From the NCBI RefSeq assembly GCF_000142905.1, contig NW_013657644.1:1163-65162 (forward strand): a DNA stretch of 64,000 nucleotides, read 5' to 3'. A program made the position numbers and the translations under genes. The notes under the pieces are model-generated. The model saw only the letters and a program-made list of their open reading frames with translations, did not search any database and was not told the DNA's origin. The stretch is from Thecamonas trahens ATCC 50062 (Eukaryota; Protista; Apusomonadida). Shown here one piece after another: positions 34,800-46,344 of this stretch (position 1 is its first letter; every line of letters starts with the position of its first letter).

Positions 34800-36601
34800 A
34801 TGGCTGCCATTGAAAGCTTTCCCTCGCTCACGGTCGTTGCCATCGACGGCTTTCTCAAGAAGAAGCCTGTCCTCCTCAACATGGACACTGCCTCGGGTCG
34901 CATCTGTCAGCAGATTGACGGAGGCAATGTTGAGGCCATGGATGTCTCTGCTGCTTTCAGAGTCAAGAACGCCCCCAACGTTAAGGTCATCGTACGTCGA
35001 CCCCCCCCCCCCCTCCCCTCCCCCCCCCCTCCCCCCCTCACGCATCACCTGTACTCATCCTGCTGATGTGCACGACTGGGTGTCTCTCTTTCTCTCTCTC
35101 TCTCTCACTCTGTCGGTTTCTCGACACGCGGCTACATCTGATCTGATGTTTCGCACATCATCAGATGAACGTAAAGGGCAAGTCAAAGGAGGTCGAATAC
35201 CGGTTCGCCTCGGACAAGCTTGCCGAGCAGGCGTACCTTGGGTTCCAGGCTGCGCTCAACTTGCGTGAGGTTGAGGGCTACTCGCCGCGCCCGCTCTCGG
35301 TCTTTGTTGGAACGATGAACATGGGCGATGCCGCGTGTACCGACGATCTCGAGCCGTGGATCCCGCGCAACACGTACGATGTCTACGCCATCGGCGTGCA
35401 AGAGTGCGAGTACAAGCCGGCTAACGGCGGGAAGACTGAGGCCCACTGGTTCTCCCAGGTCGAGACCCATCTCGGCTCGGGCTACGTTCGCGTCTCGGGC
35501 GGCTCGCTCTGGTCCATTCGCATCATCGTCCTCATCCGCGCCGAGCTCCGCGAGTTCCTCTCGGACGTCGCCATCAACTCGGAGGCAACCGGCATCGGCC
35601 ACGTGGCTGGCAACAAGGGCGGCATCGGCATCTCGTTCTCGCTCGGTGACTCGTCGTTCTTCTTTGTCACCTCGCACCTCGCCGCCCACCAGGGCGAGGT
35701 TGCCAAGCGCAACGCAGACTTTTCCGAAATCATCCAGGGCCTCTCTAAGCTCTCTGTCCGCAACGTCGACGTCACCTCACTCTACGACCACGTTTTCTGG
35801 TTCGGCGACCTCAACTACCGCATCGACCTCGAGCGCGATGCCGTCCTCGCCGCGGTCGAGGCCGGCAACCTCGACGAGATCCTTGCCGCCGACCAGCTTG
35901 CCGCCGAGATGGCCGCCGGCAACGTCTTTGTCGGCTTCTCTGAGGCGCCCATCTCGTTCACGCCGACGTACAAGTTTGATCGTGGCTGCCGCGAGTACAC
36001 CACCACCAAGATGCGCGTCCCGTCGTACACCGACCGTATCCTTTGGAAGACCGCGCCGCACATCGAGCTCTCGGCCACCGCCTATGACGCCGCCCACGAC
36101 ATCACCACCTCGGACCACTCGCCTGTCTGGGCCGCCTTTGACACCCAGATGCTCCTCCCGTTCCGGTCCGCAGTCTGGGACGAGGCCTTTGACTCCCGCG
36201 GCATCGTCCGCATCCGCAACCTCTGCGGCGACAACCTTCGCTCCATGGACCTCAACGGATACTCGGACCCGTATGTCATCTTCTTTGGCCGCGCCGTCGA
36301 CTCGATCCAGACCCCAACCATCAAGAAGACGCTCCACCCGACTTGGGCCGACAACCCCGACGAGCCGTTCAACATGTCGCTCGTCATCAACGAGCCCGAC
36401 TACATCGAGCACCAGTCCATCATCGCTCTTGTCATGGATGAGGACAAGATGTCCAAGGATGACCCCCTCGGCCAGGCCTGGATCCCGCTCGCTCCCGGCA
36501 TCGGCGGGCCGCACGAGTTTACCGTCCAGCTCACCGCAAACGGCCGCCCGGCTGGCTCCCTCTCCGGCACCATCGAAGTCGACCTCGACGCCATGGTCTG
36601 A
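34800..36601 (+). CDS. Inositol polyphosphate 5-phosphatase with N-terminal PH-like and C-terminal C2 domain; exons 34800-34991 and 35165-36601
   Basis: IGVQE, GNKGG, SHLAAH, FWFGDLNYR, PTYKF, PSYTDRILW, SDHSPV; C2 motifs MDLNGYSDPYV and DEDKMSKDDPLG. Confidence 0.93.
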
Positions 36602-36678
36602 TCCTCATCACGTGGAAATACTTGCACACACTCTTGTTCTTCCTCTGCTCTTCATTGCGTCTGCTCTCTCTCTCTCTC

Positions 36679-36876
36679 TCACGGTGCCTTCACCTTGGGC
36701 TGGGTCTCCCGCTCCTCAAACGCATGCTGCGCCACTGCATCCATCCCTGATCGCAGCTGCGCCTCGTAGTTGATGTCGTCCATGTTGTCCACGCCACGCA
36801 CCGCCTTGTTGGCCTTGACATCGCCTCGGGCCGTCGCGTCCTTCATCGTATCGGATCCAGTCTTCGGGTTCGGCAT
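36679..36876 (-). CDS. Small hydrophilic hypothetical protein (65 aa)
   Basis: ATG ORF with GC3-rich codons after an A-rich leader. Confidence 0.4.
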   Translation of the reverse strand: MPNPKTGSDTMKDATARGDVKANKAVRGVDNMDDINYEAQLRSGMDAVAQHAFEERETQPKVKAP

Positions 36877-37591
36877 CTTCAGATTGTTTCTCTTCTAGCT
36901 TATTCTTGCTTGTTGGTGATTGTTCACGGTTGCGCTTTATCTCCTTCTGATTCCCCTCTCTGCTCACCTGCTCTTTATGTTGGTGCGCGGCTGCGCCGGA
37001 GTCATCCATCACGCTAGCCGTCACGGTGACGTCCAATGTTCACGAACAATTGCCTTCTCCACCCCCCCCCCCCCCCACTCCGTGCCCTCACACACTACAT
37101 CGGCTTCATAGACGTCTTAGCCATGGCTTGGATCGGTTCTGGGCTCCTGAGTAAAAGANNNNNNNNNNNNNNNNNNNNNNNNNNNNNNNNNNNNNNNNNN
37201 NNNNNNNNNNNNNNNNNNNNNNNNNNNNNNNNNNNNNNNNNNNNNNNNNNNNNNNNNNNNNNNNNNNNNNNNNNNNNNNNNNNNNNNNNNNNNNNNNNNN
37301 NNNNNNNNNNNNNNNNNNNNNNNNNNNNNNNNNNNNNNNNNNNNNNNNNNNNNNNNNNNNNNNNNNNNNNNNNNNNNNNNNNNNNNNNNNNNNNNNNNNN
37401 NNNNNNNNNNNNNNNNNNNNNNNNNNNNNNNNNNNNNNNNNNNNNNNNNNNNNNNNNNNNNNNNNNNNNNNNNNNNNNNNNNNNNNNNNNNNNNNNNNNN
37501 NNNNNNNNNNNNNNNNNNNNNNNNNNNNNNNNNNNNNNNNNNNNNNNNNNNNNNNNNACACCCCCACCACACACACAGCCAGCTAACCAAG

Positions 37592-38233
37592 CGAACCGTG
37601 CGAAGACTGGTGGAGAAGCGGCTACAGCTGCCGGCCAACTCGCTCGACAACTCGACTGACAAGCAGGCCATGTCCGACATTGTGGTCGATATCCTCTCGG
37701 CTTCGGCTACCCAGCCGACCGCGGCAACCGCGGCCATCTCCGCGGCAACAACCACGCCCGCCTCCGCGGCAACAACCGCCCCCGCCACCGCCCCTACTTC
37801 GCTGACCCTTTCCGCCCCGTCTACCACTGCTGCTCCTCCAGACGACGACAATGACGACTTTACGTCGACGGCGCCGGCCGTCAAGGCCGATCCGGCGCAG
37901 GGCAAGCGGAAGGCGCGCGCAATGGCGGCTGGCAAGGCCGACAAGGCGACAAAGAAGGCAAAGGCGTTGGATGGCTCGGCTGTAGTTGCCCGCGTTGCGG
38001 TCGAGGAGAGGCAGCTGTGGCAGCTGGGATCGACAGGTAACGTCCGTGTCGACGTCACAAAGTTCCGCTCCCGCAAGTACGTCGACGTCCGGAAGTGGTA
38101 CAAGAAGAAGGGCACCGGCGAGATGTGCAGAACCCAGAAGGGCATCATGCTTGCCCCCGACCAGTGGGACAAGCTTAAGCTCTTGTTCCCCACACTCAAG
38201 GCCGCTTTTGCAGCCGCGCGCGACTCCTCCTAA
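37592..38233 (+). CDS. KELP/PC4 (Sub1)-type transcriptional coactivator; partial DEK-C-like domain + PC4 domain; 5' exon in the gap
   Basis: Branch GCTAAC and acceptor AAG at 37591. RTVRRLVEKRL (DEK-C-like). VDVTKFRSRKYVDVRKWY...KGIMLAPDQWDKLK (PC4). Confidence 0.85.
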   Translation, partial: RTVRRLVEKRLQLPANSLDNSTDKQAMSDIVVDILSASATQPTAATAAISAATTTPASAATTAPATAPTSLTLSAPSTTAAPPDDDNDDFTSTAPAVKADPAQGKRKARAMAAGKADKATKKAKALDGSAVVARVAVEERQLWQLGSTGNVRVDVTKFRSRKYVDVRKWYKKKGTGEMCRTQKGIMLAPDQWDKLKLLFPTLKAAFAAARDSS

Positions 38234-38255
38234 TGCACCACCCCATCGGTAACAA

Positions 38256-39263
38256 TTACTTCTTGCCTTTGCCCTTGCCCTTGCCCTTGCCCTTGCCCTT
38301 GCTCTTGGTCTTGCCTTTGCCCTTGCTCTTGCCCTTTTCCTTTCTCTTGCTCTTGCCCTTGCCCTTGCCCTTGCCCCTCTCCCGATGCGACTTGCGGCTG
38401 CGCCGCCCTCCATCATCCCCAGTCACCGATGGCGTCCCGGGCCTGCTCCCCGCCACGCTCGCAGCCTCGCCTCCGTCCTTTGCAGGTCCATCCGCTCTTG
38501 CCGCTGACATGGATAGCGCTGCCTCGGTCCGCGCTCGCTGGGCTGCCACCGCCGCCAGTCGTGTCCCCTGCGCCGGTACAAACTTGCTCCCTCCGTCAGC
38601 CCTGTACGCCAGCGTGTACTTTGCCCGCGCCTTGACCCGGTCATTCGTCTGCTTCTCCAGCGGCGCATCAACATTGGCAAGGCCGACTGGTGTTCCGTTT
38701 GAGGCCAACACGTCAAGCGCAGCGCCGGGAGGTAAGACCCCGCCTCCGGCCTCGTGCAAGTTGCGCAACGACCCGAGAAACGCCGCCACCGTGCACTGAA
38801 GCGACATCATCTTGAACCCGCCCGCCTCTCCCTTTGCCTTTCCCGGCGACGCCGGGCCCATCGTCTTTCTCCCACGCCTCCGCCCGTTTCCGCGTCCACG
38901 CCCCCCTCTCCGCCCGCGCCCCGTCGACCTCTGCAGTGACGGCGAGACTGAGACCGATCGGCCCCCCGCCCCCCTATTAGAGCCCGTGCCACCACTCTCC
39001 GAGCCCCCACTCGCCGAGTCCAAGCCCGATCCTCGCGAGTCTGTGCCCGAGTCATATCTCCTTCCCTCTTCTGGTCTTGATCTCGATCTCGATCTCGATC
39101 CCGATCCCGATCCTGATCCCGATCCTGATCCCGATCCCGTTCCCGGTCCTGAGCCGGAGCCCGCCCGGGCACCAGCCTCGCGCTCCGGACGCGACCGCTT
39201 GCTCTTTCTCGAGCAGCTTCGGCTCCGCTCAGCGCCTCCATAGTCGACAAACACAAACGACAT
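38256..39263 (-). CDS. Low-complexity basic hypothetical protein (GS, RS and GK repeats)
   Basis: 335-codon ATG ORF with a short ordered-looking core. Confidence 0.55.
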   Translation of the reverse strand: MSFVFVDYGGAERSRSCSRKSKRSRPEREAGARAGSGSGPGTGSGSGSGSGSGSGSRSRSRSRPEEGRRYDSGTDSRGSGLDSASGGSESGGTGSNRGAGGRSVSVSPSLQRSTGRGRRGGRGRGNGRRRGRKTMGPASPGKAKGEAGGFKMMSLQCTVAAFLGSLRNLHEAGGGVLPPGAALDVLASNGTPVGLANVDAPLEKQTNDRVKARAKYTLAYRADGGSKFVPAQGTRLAAVAAQRARTEAALSMSAARADGPAKDGGEAASVAGSRPGTPSVTGDDGGRRSRKSHRERGKGKGKGKSKRKEKGKSKGKGKTKSKGKGKGKGKGKGKK

Positions 39264-39437
39264 GCTTCACGTCCACCTCCTCTGCACCACAATCTTAGCT
39301 CTTGCCCACCAACCTGAGACCAACCTCGTCCGAGCTCGGTCTTGGAGTTGGCTGCTGTCGGTTAACGCCAACGTGTCACACAACCCGAGTCGACCACCAA
39401 AGCATCGCGCTGCATTGTCTCTGTTTACGACCTGCCT

Positions 39438-40858
39438 TTAGCCTCGCGTGGTGTCGCGGATGCCTTTGAGGAATGGCATGATCGACGTTCCGCCGGTTCC
39501 CTTCTCTGACGATGGCCGCGCAGGCGATTGCTGCAGGATGTACCGCGCCACAATTTGAATGTGCCGGTTGCGGAAGAGGGCGAGCGCCTCACGGCACGCC
39601 AGGTACATCTGAAGCACTGCCGGCTCGCCGCACGCGTGTGCGTACTCGCGGAGTGACGGTCCGTGCCAAAGCGCGTCGATGAGTCGCGCGTGCGGCCGAG
39701 GCATGTGCGCCACCATCGCGTCGAGAAACGCCGACTCGTGCTCAATGTCCAGCCCAGCATCAAGCGCTTGGATGAGCGACGACTGCGCTGCAGACGCCCC
39801 GTTGAACTTGCCCACAAACGATGGCGTCGCCGACCCGGATGCCGCTGCCACACGCTCCGGCCGCGTCGCGGTGTGGTCAAAGTCGGGCGTGACGCCGGCG
39901 TACGTCAGCCCGTTCGGCAGCTCGCTGTTGCCGGCCCACCCCGCCAGAAACAACCTGATCCGCGAGTAGAAGACCGCTGGCATGCACCGCTCCGGCAGCC
40001 GAGCCAGTGCATCGTCCATCGCCAGCACCGCCGCCAGCACTCGCTGCAGTGCGTTGAGCACCATTTCCGGCTCGCCGAGCACCACGCCGTGCATGCCCTC
40101 CACAAGTCCCACCAGCGCAGGCGCACCGGCGCCCTCCACTCCCAGTGCAGCAGTGTAAAACCAGGCCTCGTCCATTCCACCCAGAAACAGCGAGTTCATG
40201 CCGAGGTTGTCCACCACCGCGCCCTTGTCCTCGTCGATCTCGTGATAGTTGGCCAGCGCAATGCTCGAGTGGGTGATGACCGGCGGTCGGCCCACCATCG
40301 CCGCCACCTGGCACCACGGAACCGCGAGTTGAGGCGGGAGCTCGTCCACCGGCTTCCCGCCCACCACCGTGTCCTGAAACACATACCCGTGCGCGAGGAG
40401 GCCAAGGACTAGAAACGCCCGCTCCAGCACCCTCGGCGAAGCGCCTGCCAGCACCTCACTCGCGTCCACCAGCGGGAGTCTCTCCATGGACTCGCGATGA
40501 TCCCAGTCAGCAGCCGATCGTTGAGCTCATCTACCGCACCCTCCCACCCTTGTGCCCACTCGGCCTCCAGCCGCTTCATCGGCGCCGTTGCCCGCAGAAA
40601 GCCTCTTGTCGGCGAGACATCATGATCCGTCAGCGCAGGCACTTTGTTCCCTCGCTTTCCGCCCTTCTTCCTCCTTCCCCGCACACCAACCGTCCCCGCC
40701 TCGCCACTTCTGCCCATCGTCGCCTTTCCCATCCCCTCTCCGCTTCCCCACCAGCTCGTCGTCATCCGCCTCAGCGCCCACATGGCCACCAACGCTCCGC
40801 ATGCTCCGCCCACTGCCACAGCCACAGCCTTCTGCGACACGCTCACTCGCACTTGCAT
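39438..40858 (-). CDS. IDO: Indoleamine 2,3-dioxygenase (frameshift at ~40495-40504)
   Basis: DVSPTRGFL, LAVPWCQVA...PPV, GGMDEAWFY, FYSRIRLFLAGW, GASAAQSSLIQALD, HMPRPH, FRNRHIQIVARYI, KGTGGT...PFLK. Confidence 0.92.
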
Positions 40859-41505
40859 ATATAGATATATGTATATGCCTCGCGACTCGCAGTCACAAGA
40901 GTCACGTGTGGTGCTCTCCCAACTACCGGCCATCGCGACAGGTCAGCGAGCACGGACGCTGGCCGCAGGAGACCATTCGGCAACATATCATGCCCGCATC
41001 AACAGCAATGATAGCTCAACCTGTCGCTCGATCTGCACCGAGACATTGTTCCCCCCCACCACCACCGCCACCACCACCACTACTTAGTTCTCCTCATCAC
41101 AACCTCTGTCCCAGCCACTTGCTGGCTAGCCCGTACTGTCTTTTCCCAGCATGTACCCCACATCCGAGACAAAGCAACTGTGGTGGCAAAGAGCAGGCAA
41201 TTTTTTCTCGTTCCACCCCCCCCCCCCCCCCGTCCCCTCCTCTCCTCCCAATCTCCTCCCTCCGAACCAATTTGCGCACGTGAGCTGTCGGGAATGTCGG
41301 GAAAAAAGCCGCAGTCCGCCCACTCGACGCGGCTAGTACCCTCTTCCGCTCCCCCCCCCCCCCCCTCCCGGCCACCCATCCACAGCCTACACCCCCACCC
41401 CACCATCTCCACCACCCGCACCACCCTCTTCTCCACCCTCTCTACCACGGATTTCCCCCTCTTCTTTTATTTTTTCCGTATTTCCTCGCCTTGCTGCCCC
41501 CTACC

Positions 41506-44500
41506 ATGACCTCGTTTGTTCCATGCGTCGTGGTGGTGTTGATGGCAACGACCTTGGTCGTCACCCACCCCACAGTCATGGCAGCAAGCCTGCCTATCTG
41601 CTCCACCTCTGCTGCTTCCACACATACGAATGCGCAAGCAAATCCGTGGACGGTCGGGCTTGTGTTTGAGTACACCTCGCCGGACGCTTACTCTATGGCC
41701 TCTCTCTGTGGCGCTACCTTTGGCTGGGTGGGTGACCCGGGCACGGTCACCTACGCGCTCTACGAGTCGCCAACGCTTACTCTCACAGACTTTGTCAAAG
41801 TCTCGGCCGACTTTGTCGGTTCGGCTCCGCTTGTGGCTGGTCAGGAGTATGCTGTCGGTGATACAACGGCAGAGGCCAACTTTGCTCAGCCGCTTCCGCT
41901 CACACCCGGCAAGTATTATGCTCTCCTCGTCGCCTCCAGCAACGCGGTCACTTTCCCCCGCTCCCAAGGTGCTGTTCCTATCTCGACTTGCTCCTCCTCG
42001 CTCAACCTCCTCCAGCTACTCAAGAGCGATCTTGGGACTCTTCCGGCCTCGCTCTCAGCCTTTTCCGTCAACGTCAACGCCGTGCCCATCGGCCGCATCT
42101 CCATCTGCCCCGCCTGCCTCCCACAGCCGTCTCCGCCGACAAACGGTGCCGTCTCGACAACTGCTGTCACTCCTGCCCGCATGATCAACGGTGACAGTGC
42201 TACCTATACTTGCAACGCCGGATTCATGATCTCCGGCTCGCCTTCCCGCTCCTGTACTGACACTGTGTACTCGGGCCCAGAGCCGACCTGTGTCGTCGCC
42301 TCCTCGCCGCCGCCGCCCCCTTCACCTCCTCCACCGTCTCCCTCGCCGCCGCCGCCGTCTCCCTCGCCGCCGCCGCCCTCGCCGCCGCCGCCCTCGCCGC
42401 CGCCGCCCTCGCCGCCGCCGCCCTCGCCGCCGCCCTCGCCGCCGTCTCCTTCGCCTCCTCCCCCCTCGCCGCCACCACCCCCTACCCTTCTTCCGGCTCC
42501 CACTATCACGGCAGTCATTGCTCACGATCCGTCTTCCTCCGACACCAGCCTCGGGCCGGGTGACATCTTGACCATCGTCTTCTCCGAGCCGACCAACACC
42601 CCGCCGCTGTCTTCCGCTGGCCTTCTCGACTCGGCGCTGACCTGCTCGCGAACGCCAGATACCCCTCCGGTTGCCCTCTCGGCGTGCCTCGGAGCCTCGC
42701 TCTCGGGCGTTTGGTCTGCTGACAGCACCACACTCACCATCACCATTGTATCGTCGCCGCCGCCCCTTGCCGACATCCCGCGTCCGGGCGCCGCTGTCTT
42801 TACTCCGACAGGCGGCCTCGCCATCCGCAACTCTGCGCTCACCTCGGCCGCCGCTGCTGTACCTTCGCCAGTCCTCTCGGGCTCGTGGGGCGCGGCGTCG
42901 GCCGAAGTCACGCTCATTGTCGAGGGCTCTGGCGGCGCAGCGCTGACTACGGCTGACGTCGCCGAGGGCGACTCGCTCATCATCCTTGTCCAGCTCTCGC
43001 TCCCGCCGGCTGCTGACGTCACCGTCGACTTTCGTCTCGACGACGCTCTACCGGGCGCGCCGCGCCCGCCGCATGCCTCACTCTCTGCCACTTTGCTCAC
43101 CTTCACCCCGTCGAACTACAACAGGTTTCAGAAGCTGACACTCGCTGCTGCTCCTGACGCCTACGCCGACGAGGGCGATGCGACGCTCCAACTCGTACTT
43201 GTCTCGGTTGCATCGGCCGATCCGGTTTTCGCTGCCGCAGTGCCTGCTGAAGGCTTGTTGTACCCCATTACGGTTGCTGACACCACGCCACAAGGCCTCG
43301 CCTTTTCGAGCCTTGGCTACGCGGCAGGCCACGCTGAGCCTGTGGTTCCGCCGACCACGCCGCTTCCGCCGACCGCCTCCGGTCTCCTCCGCCTCTCGCA
43401 GATTGGCAATCTGGTGTGTGGCCGTGTCCATCTCCGCTCTTTTCCGTGGAAGGCGACCAGGACCGGGGACCAGGCCCGTGTTGTTGTCTCGCTCTCGACG
43501 AGCGCTCCCGATCTTGTGTCCGTCCTCACTCGTGCCACGCCGGCCGAGTACCCAGCCCCGCCGGCGAAGACCACCCGCACCAGCCTGCAGTTGCTGCCGG
43601 GCACCAGTGGACCATCGACCACATTTGTGCTTGGTGCCCGTGCTGAGGCTTCGGTTGTATTCGATGCCCTCGCCGGTGGCGAGTTCTGCCTTGTGGCTCG
43701 TGCCGACGTTGCGCTCGCAGCTTCCACTTTGGTGACACTCCAAGCCGTTGTCCTCGCCGAGCACACCACTGCCGCCGGCTTCCCGTCGACACTGACTGCC
43801 GAGCATGAGCTGGCACTTGTTGCCGTTGCCTGGCCCGTCGTGACCACCACCGCGCCACTGGTTGCGACCCGTGCTGGCTCGCCGGTTGCCCTCAAGGGCT
43901 CTGGCTTGACGGCCGGCCTCGAGATCGCGGTCGCATCGCAGCTCGCGCCGCCAGCCCAGGCCAACATCACGGCTTCGGAAAGCGGCGACCTGCTGCGACT
44001 GGTCACGCCACCGGTGGCAGACGAGGGCTACCTGGAGCTGACGCTCCGCGACCCGGTCACAGGTGCGTCTGTCACTTTCCCAGACCTGTTCTTTACGAAC
44101 GACTGCCCGTATGAGGGCAGCTATGGGATTGGTGACGACTGTCGGTCTTGCCCAGACGGCGCATTCTGCCCTGGCGGCAACCGGTTGTGGCCGAACGAGG
44201 GCTTCTGGGCCGCTGCGGAGGACGCTGGCTACATCCAGCCATGCTCGCATCCGGCGCGCCGGTGTGCGGGCGGGCGGCGGTCCGAGTGCTCGCCGGGCTA
44301 CTCCGGCCCATCGTGCGCGGTCTGTACTTCTGGCTACTATCGAGTCGGGCCATCGTGTGTGGCATGCTCGTCGTCGTCGGCAGTCTTTATGGTCCTTGTG
44401 GCTGCCAACCTAGTCTTCTGCGGTCTCCTGGTCTGCGCCATGCTGTTCCTGTCGGACGCGGTGCTCAACCTCGCGATTCACACGCTGCTCGCGGTGGTTG

Positions 44501-46344
44501 TTCTCTATACGGCCGCCAAGACAAACGCGACTGCGATGACCGGCTGGCTCGCCGAGGCCTACCAGGTGCTGTCACTTGCGGCTCTCGACTTTCACTTTGT
44601 GCGTCCGGCGTGCCAGGGTGTACCAGGCTCGTTTGCGGCGCTGTTCTTTGGCGCGCTGGCGCTTGCTGTCGTCATGGCTGTCGCCATTGTTGTTGTCCTC
44701 AAGCTCGCTGCCCGCTCAGTGCCGGGCAAGTCTGAGTTCTACAGGCAGCGCGTGCCTCGTGCCCTGTCGATGTATGCCCAGCTGATGTTTGTGACGCTGA
44801 CGCAGGTCTTCCTCCAAGCGCTGGTGTGCGCACGGGTCGATCGTGACAACATGCCGCCGCTCTGGGTCCTTGAAGCCTCGCGCGACATTGTCTGCCTCTC
44901 AGGTGGCCACCTGCAGTTGTTTGTGGTCGGCCTCGCGGGTTTTTTGCTCTTCTCACTCGGCCTCCCGCTGGCGGCGGTCTGCAAGCTGCGCAAGCTTCGG
45001 TCGGCAGGCCTACTCGCCTGGGCCGACTACCTCGACCTTGCTGCCGCAGCTCCGGGGCAGCAGCGTTTCGAGCGCCTGGCCGACGCAAGCGCCACGCTTG
45101 AAGCTGTCCACCTTGACGTCCACCTCTCGGCGAGCGGGTGGGAGGACGAGCAGCACGAGGCGATTGACAGCGGCCAAGGCGCCGTCCGAGCCCGCTGGGG
45201 CCTCCTCTATGAGCACTTTCGGCCATCGACCTACCAATGGCTCGGCTTTCAACTCGGAGTCCTGTTTGTGATTGCGGCGGCGTCGTCTGTCCTCGCTGAT
45301 GCTCCCGGGTGGCAGACTGCGGTTGTTGCTGCTGCTCTGCTGACGGCAGCGGGCTTGACCGAGGTGGTGGCCCCGTACGGCGCGCGATGGCGCAACCATG
45401 TCTGCGCCGCTGTCCTTGTTGTGGCGTGCCTTGCGTCGGTCGTGTCGCTCGCGGTCGCAACCGGGCCGCTCCGAGTTGCGCGCTGGGAGCTGTCGTTTGT
45501 ACTCATGGCTGTGCTTGTTGTCGCAGTTGTGGCGGCATGTGTTGCTTCCGTCCGTACCGCGGCTGCCGCGCTACGACTGGCGCACCCGACCAAGGTCGGA
45601 CCCGCCACGTCAACACTCCCAGTGGCGTCGACGGTGGCCCATGCATTGTCGATGGGCGTGCCGCCGACGTATCGCACCAACAACTTGAGCGTCGCCCACA
45701 CACAATCGCGCTCCTCGGTTACTTCGGACTCGACTTTGTCGTCGTCGTCGTCCTCCTCCTCGTCGTCGTCGTCGTTGAGCTCGAACAACGAGCCGTCAAG
45801 GTCTCTCTCGCCAACCCCGCAACGGCTCGGTATATCTGCTTTTCCGGCTGAGCCGCCCTCGCCCCATTCACCACCTGTCACCCGCAAGTCGTCGTACCGG
45901 CGGCAGGCGTCGGCAGGTGGGGCATCGGTGGGGACGTCGCGTGCGTTGCGAGGCAAGCGACAGTTGTCGACAACGTCGGTCAACTCGCGCAAGTCACTTC
46001 GCCCCAGTCGCTCGCGGCGCAACGTGGCCTCGTCGCTTGCACGGAATCGGGTCCGAAACATGTCGGCCTCTGACCTCCCGAGAAAGTCGATGGAGCTTGA
46101 TGTCACGCCGCGCGCGACTGTGTCTATAGCGCAGACGTCGACGAACTCGGGCTCTGACGCTTCCCACTCGCCGGAGCCAAGCTCCCCGCGCGACGTCCGC
46201 ACCGCCACCCGTGGCCACCATCATCGCCGGCGGTCGTCGGATCGCAAATCGATTGCGCACATGTCACCTGTTCCCTCGGCATCTTCCCGTGTCGTGGACC
46301 ACCACCGGCGGCACTCGAGTGTTTCTATTCCTTCATCGCAGTAA
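41506..46344 (+). CDS. Large adhesion-type receptor: signal, CCP/sushi, SPPPP stalk, Ig/Calx/IPT-like domains, Cys-rich repeats, multi-TM region, Ser/Arg tail
   Basis: ATYTCNAGFMISGSPSRSC...EPTC; CPDGAFCPGG, CSPGYSGPSCAVCTSGYY; about 8-10 hydrophobic helices including WGLLYEHFRP. Confidence 0.8.
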   Translation: MTSFVPCVVVVLMATTLVVTHPTVMAASLPICSTSAASTHTNAQANPWTVGLVFEYTSPDAYSMASLCGATFGWVGDPGTVTYALYESPTLTLTDFVKVSADFVGSAPLVAGQEYAVGDTTAEANFAQPLPLTPGKYYALLVASSNAVTFPRSQGAVPISTCSSSLNLLQLLKSDLGTLPASLSAFSVNVNAVPIGRISICPACLPQPSPPTNGAVSTTAVTPARMINGDSATYTCNAGFMISGSPSRSCTDTVYSGPEPTCVVASSPPPPPSPPPPSPSPPPPSPSPPPPSPPPPSPPPPSPPPPSPPPSPPSPSPPPPSPPPPPTLLPAPTITAVIAHDPSSSDTSLGPGDILTIVFSEPTNTPPLSSAGLLDSALTCSRTPDTPPVALSACLGASLSGVWSADSTTLTITIVSSPPPLADIPRPGAAVFTPTGGLAIRNSALTSAAAAVPSPVLSGSWGAASAEVTLIVEGSGGAALTTADVAEGDSLIILVQLSLPPAADVTVDFRLDDALPGAPRPPHASLSATLLTFTPSNYNRFQKLTLAAAPDAYADEGDATLQLVLVSVASADPVFAAAVPAEGLLYPITVADTTPQGLAFSSLGYAAGHAEPVVPPTTPLPPTASGLLRLSQIGNLVCGRVHLRSFPWKATRTGDQARVVVSLSTSAPDLVSVLTRATPAEYPAPPAKTTRTSLQLLPGTSGPSTTFVLGARAEASVVFDALAGGEFCLVARADVALAASTLVTLQAVVLAEHTTAAGFPSTLTAEHELALVAVAWPVVTTTAPLVATRAGSPVALKGSGLTAGLEIAVASQLAPPAQANITASESGDLLRLVTPPVADEGYLELTLRDPVTGASVTFPDLFFTNDCPYEGSYGIGDDCRSCPDGAFCPGGNRLWPNEGFWAAAEDAGYIQPCSHPARRCAGGRRSECSPGYSGPSCAVCTSGYYRVGPSCVACSSSSAVFMVLVAANLVFCGLLVCAMLFLSDAVLNLAIHTLLAVVVLYTAAKTNATAMTGWLAEAYQVLSLAALDFHFVRPACQGVPGSFAALFFGALALAVVMAVAIVVVLKLAARSVPGKSEFYRQRVPRALSMYAQLMFVTLTQVFLQALVCARVDRDNMPPLWVLEASRDIVCLSGGHLQLFVVGLAGFLLFSLGLPLAAVCKLRKLRSAGLLAWADYLDLAAAAPGQQRFERLADASATLEAVHLDVHLSASGWEDEQHEAIDSGQGAVRARWGLLYEHFRPSTYQWLGFQLGVLFVIAAASSVLADAPGWQTAVVAAALLTAAGLTEVVAPYGARWRNHVCAAVLVVACLASVVSLAVATGPLRVARWELSFVLMAVLVVAVVAACVASVRTAAAALRLAHPTKVGPATSTLPVASTVAHALSMGVPPTYRTNNLSVAHTQSRSSVTSDSTLSSSSSSSSSSSSLSSNNEPSRSLSPTPQRLGISAFPAEPPSPHSPPVTRKSSYRRQASAGGASVGTSRALRGKRQLSTTSVNSRKSLRPSRSRRNVASSLARNRVRNMSASDLPRKSMELDVTPRATVSIAQTSTNSGSDASHSPEPSSPRDVRTATRGHHHRRRSSDRKSIAHMSPVPSASSRVVDHHRRHSSVSIPSSQ

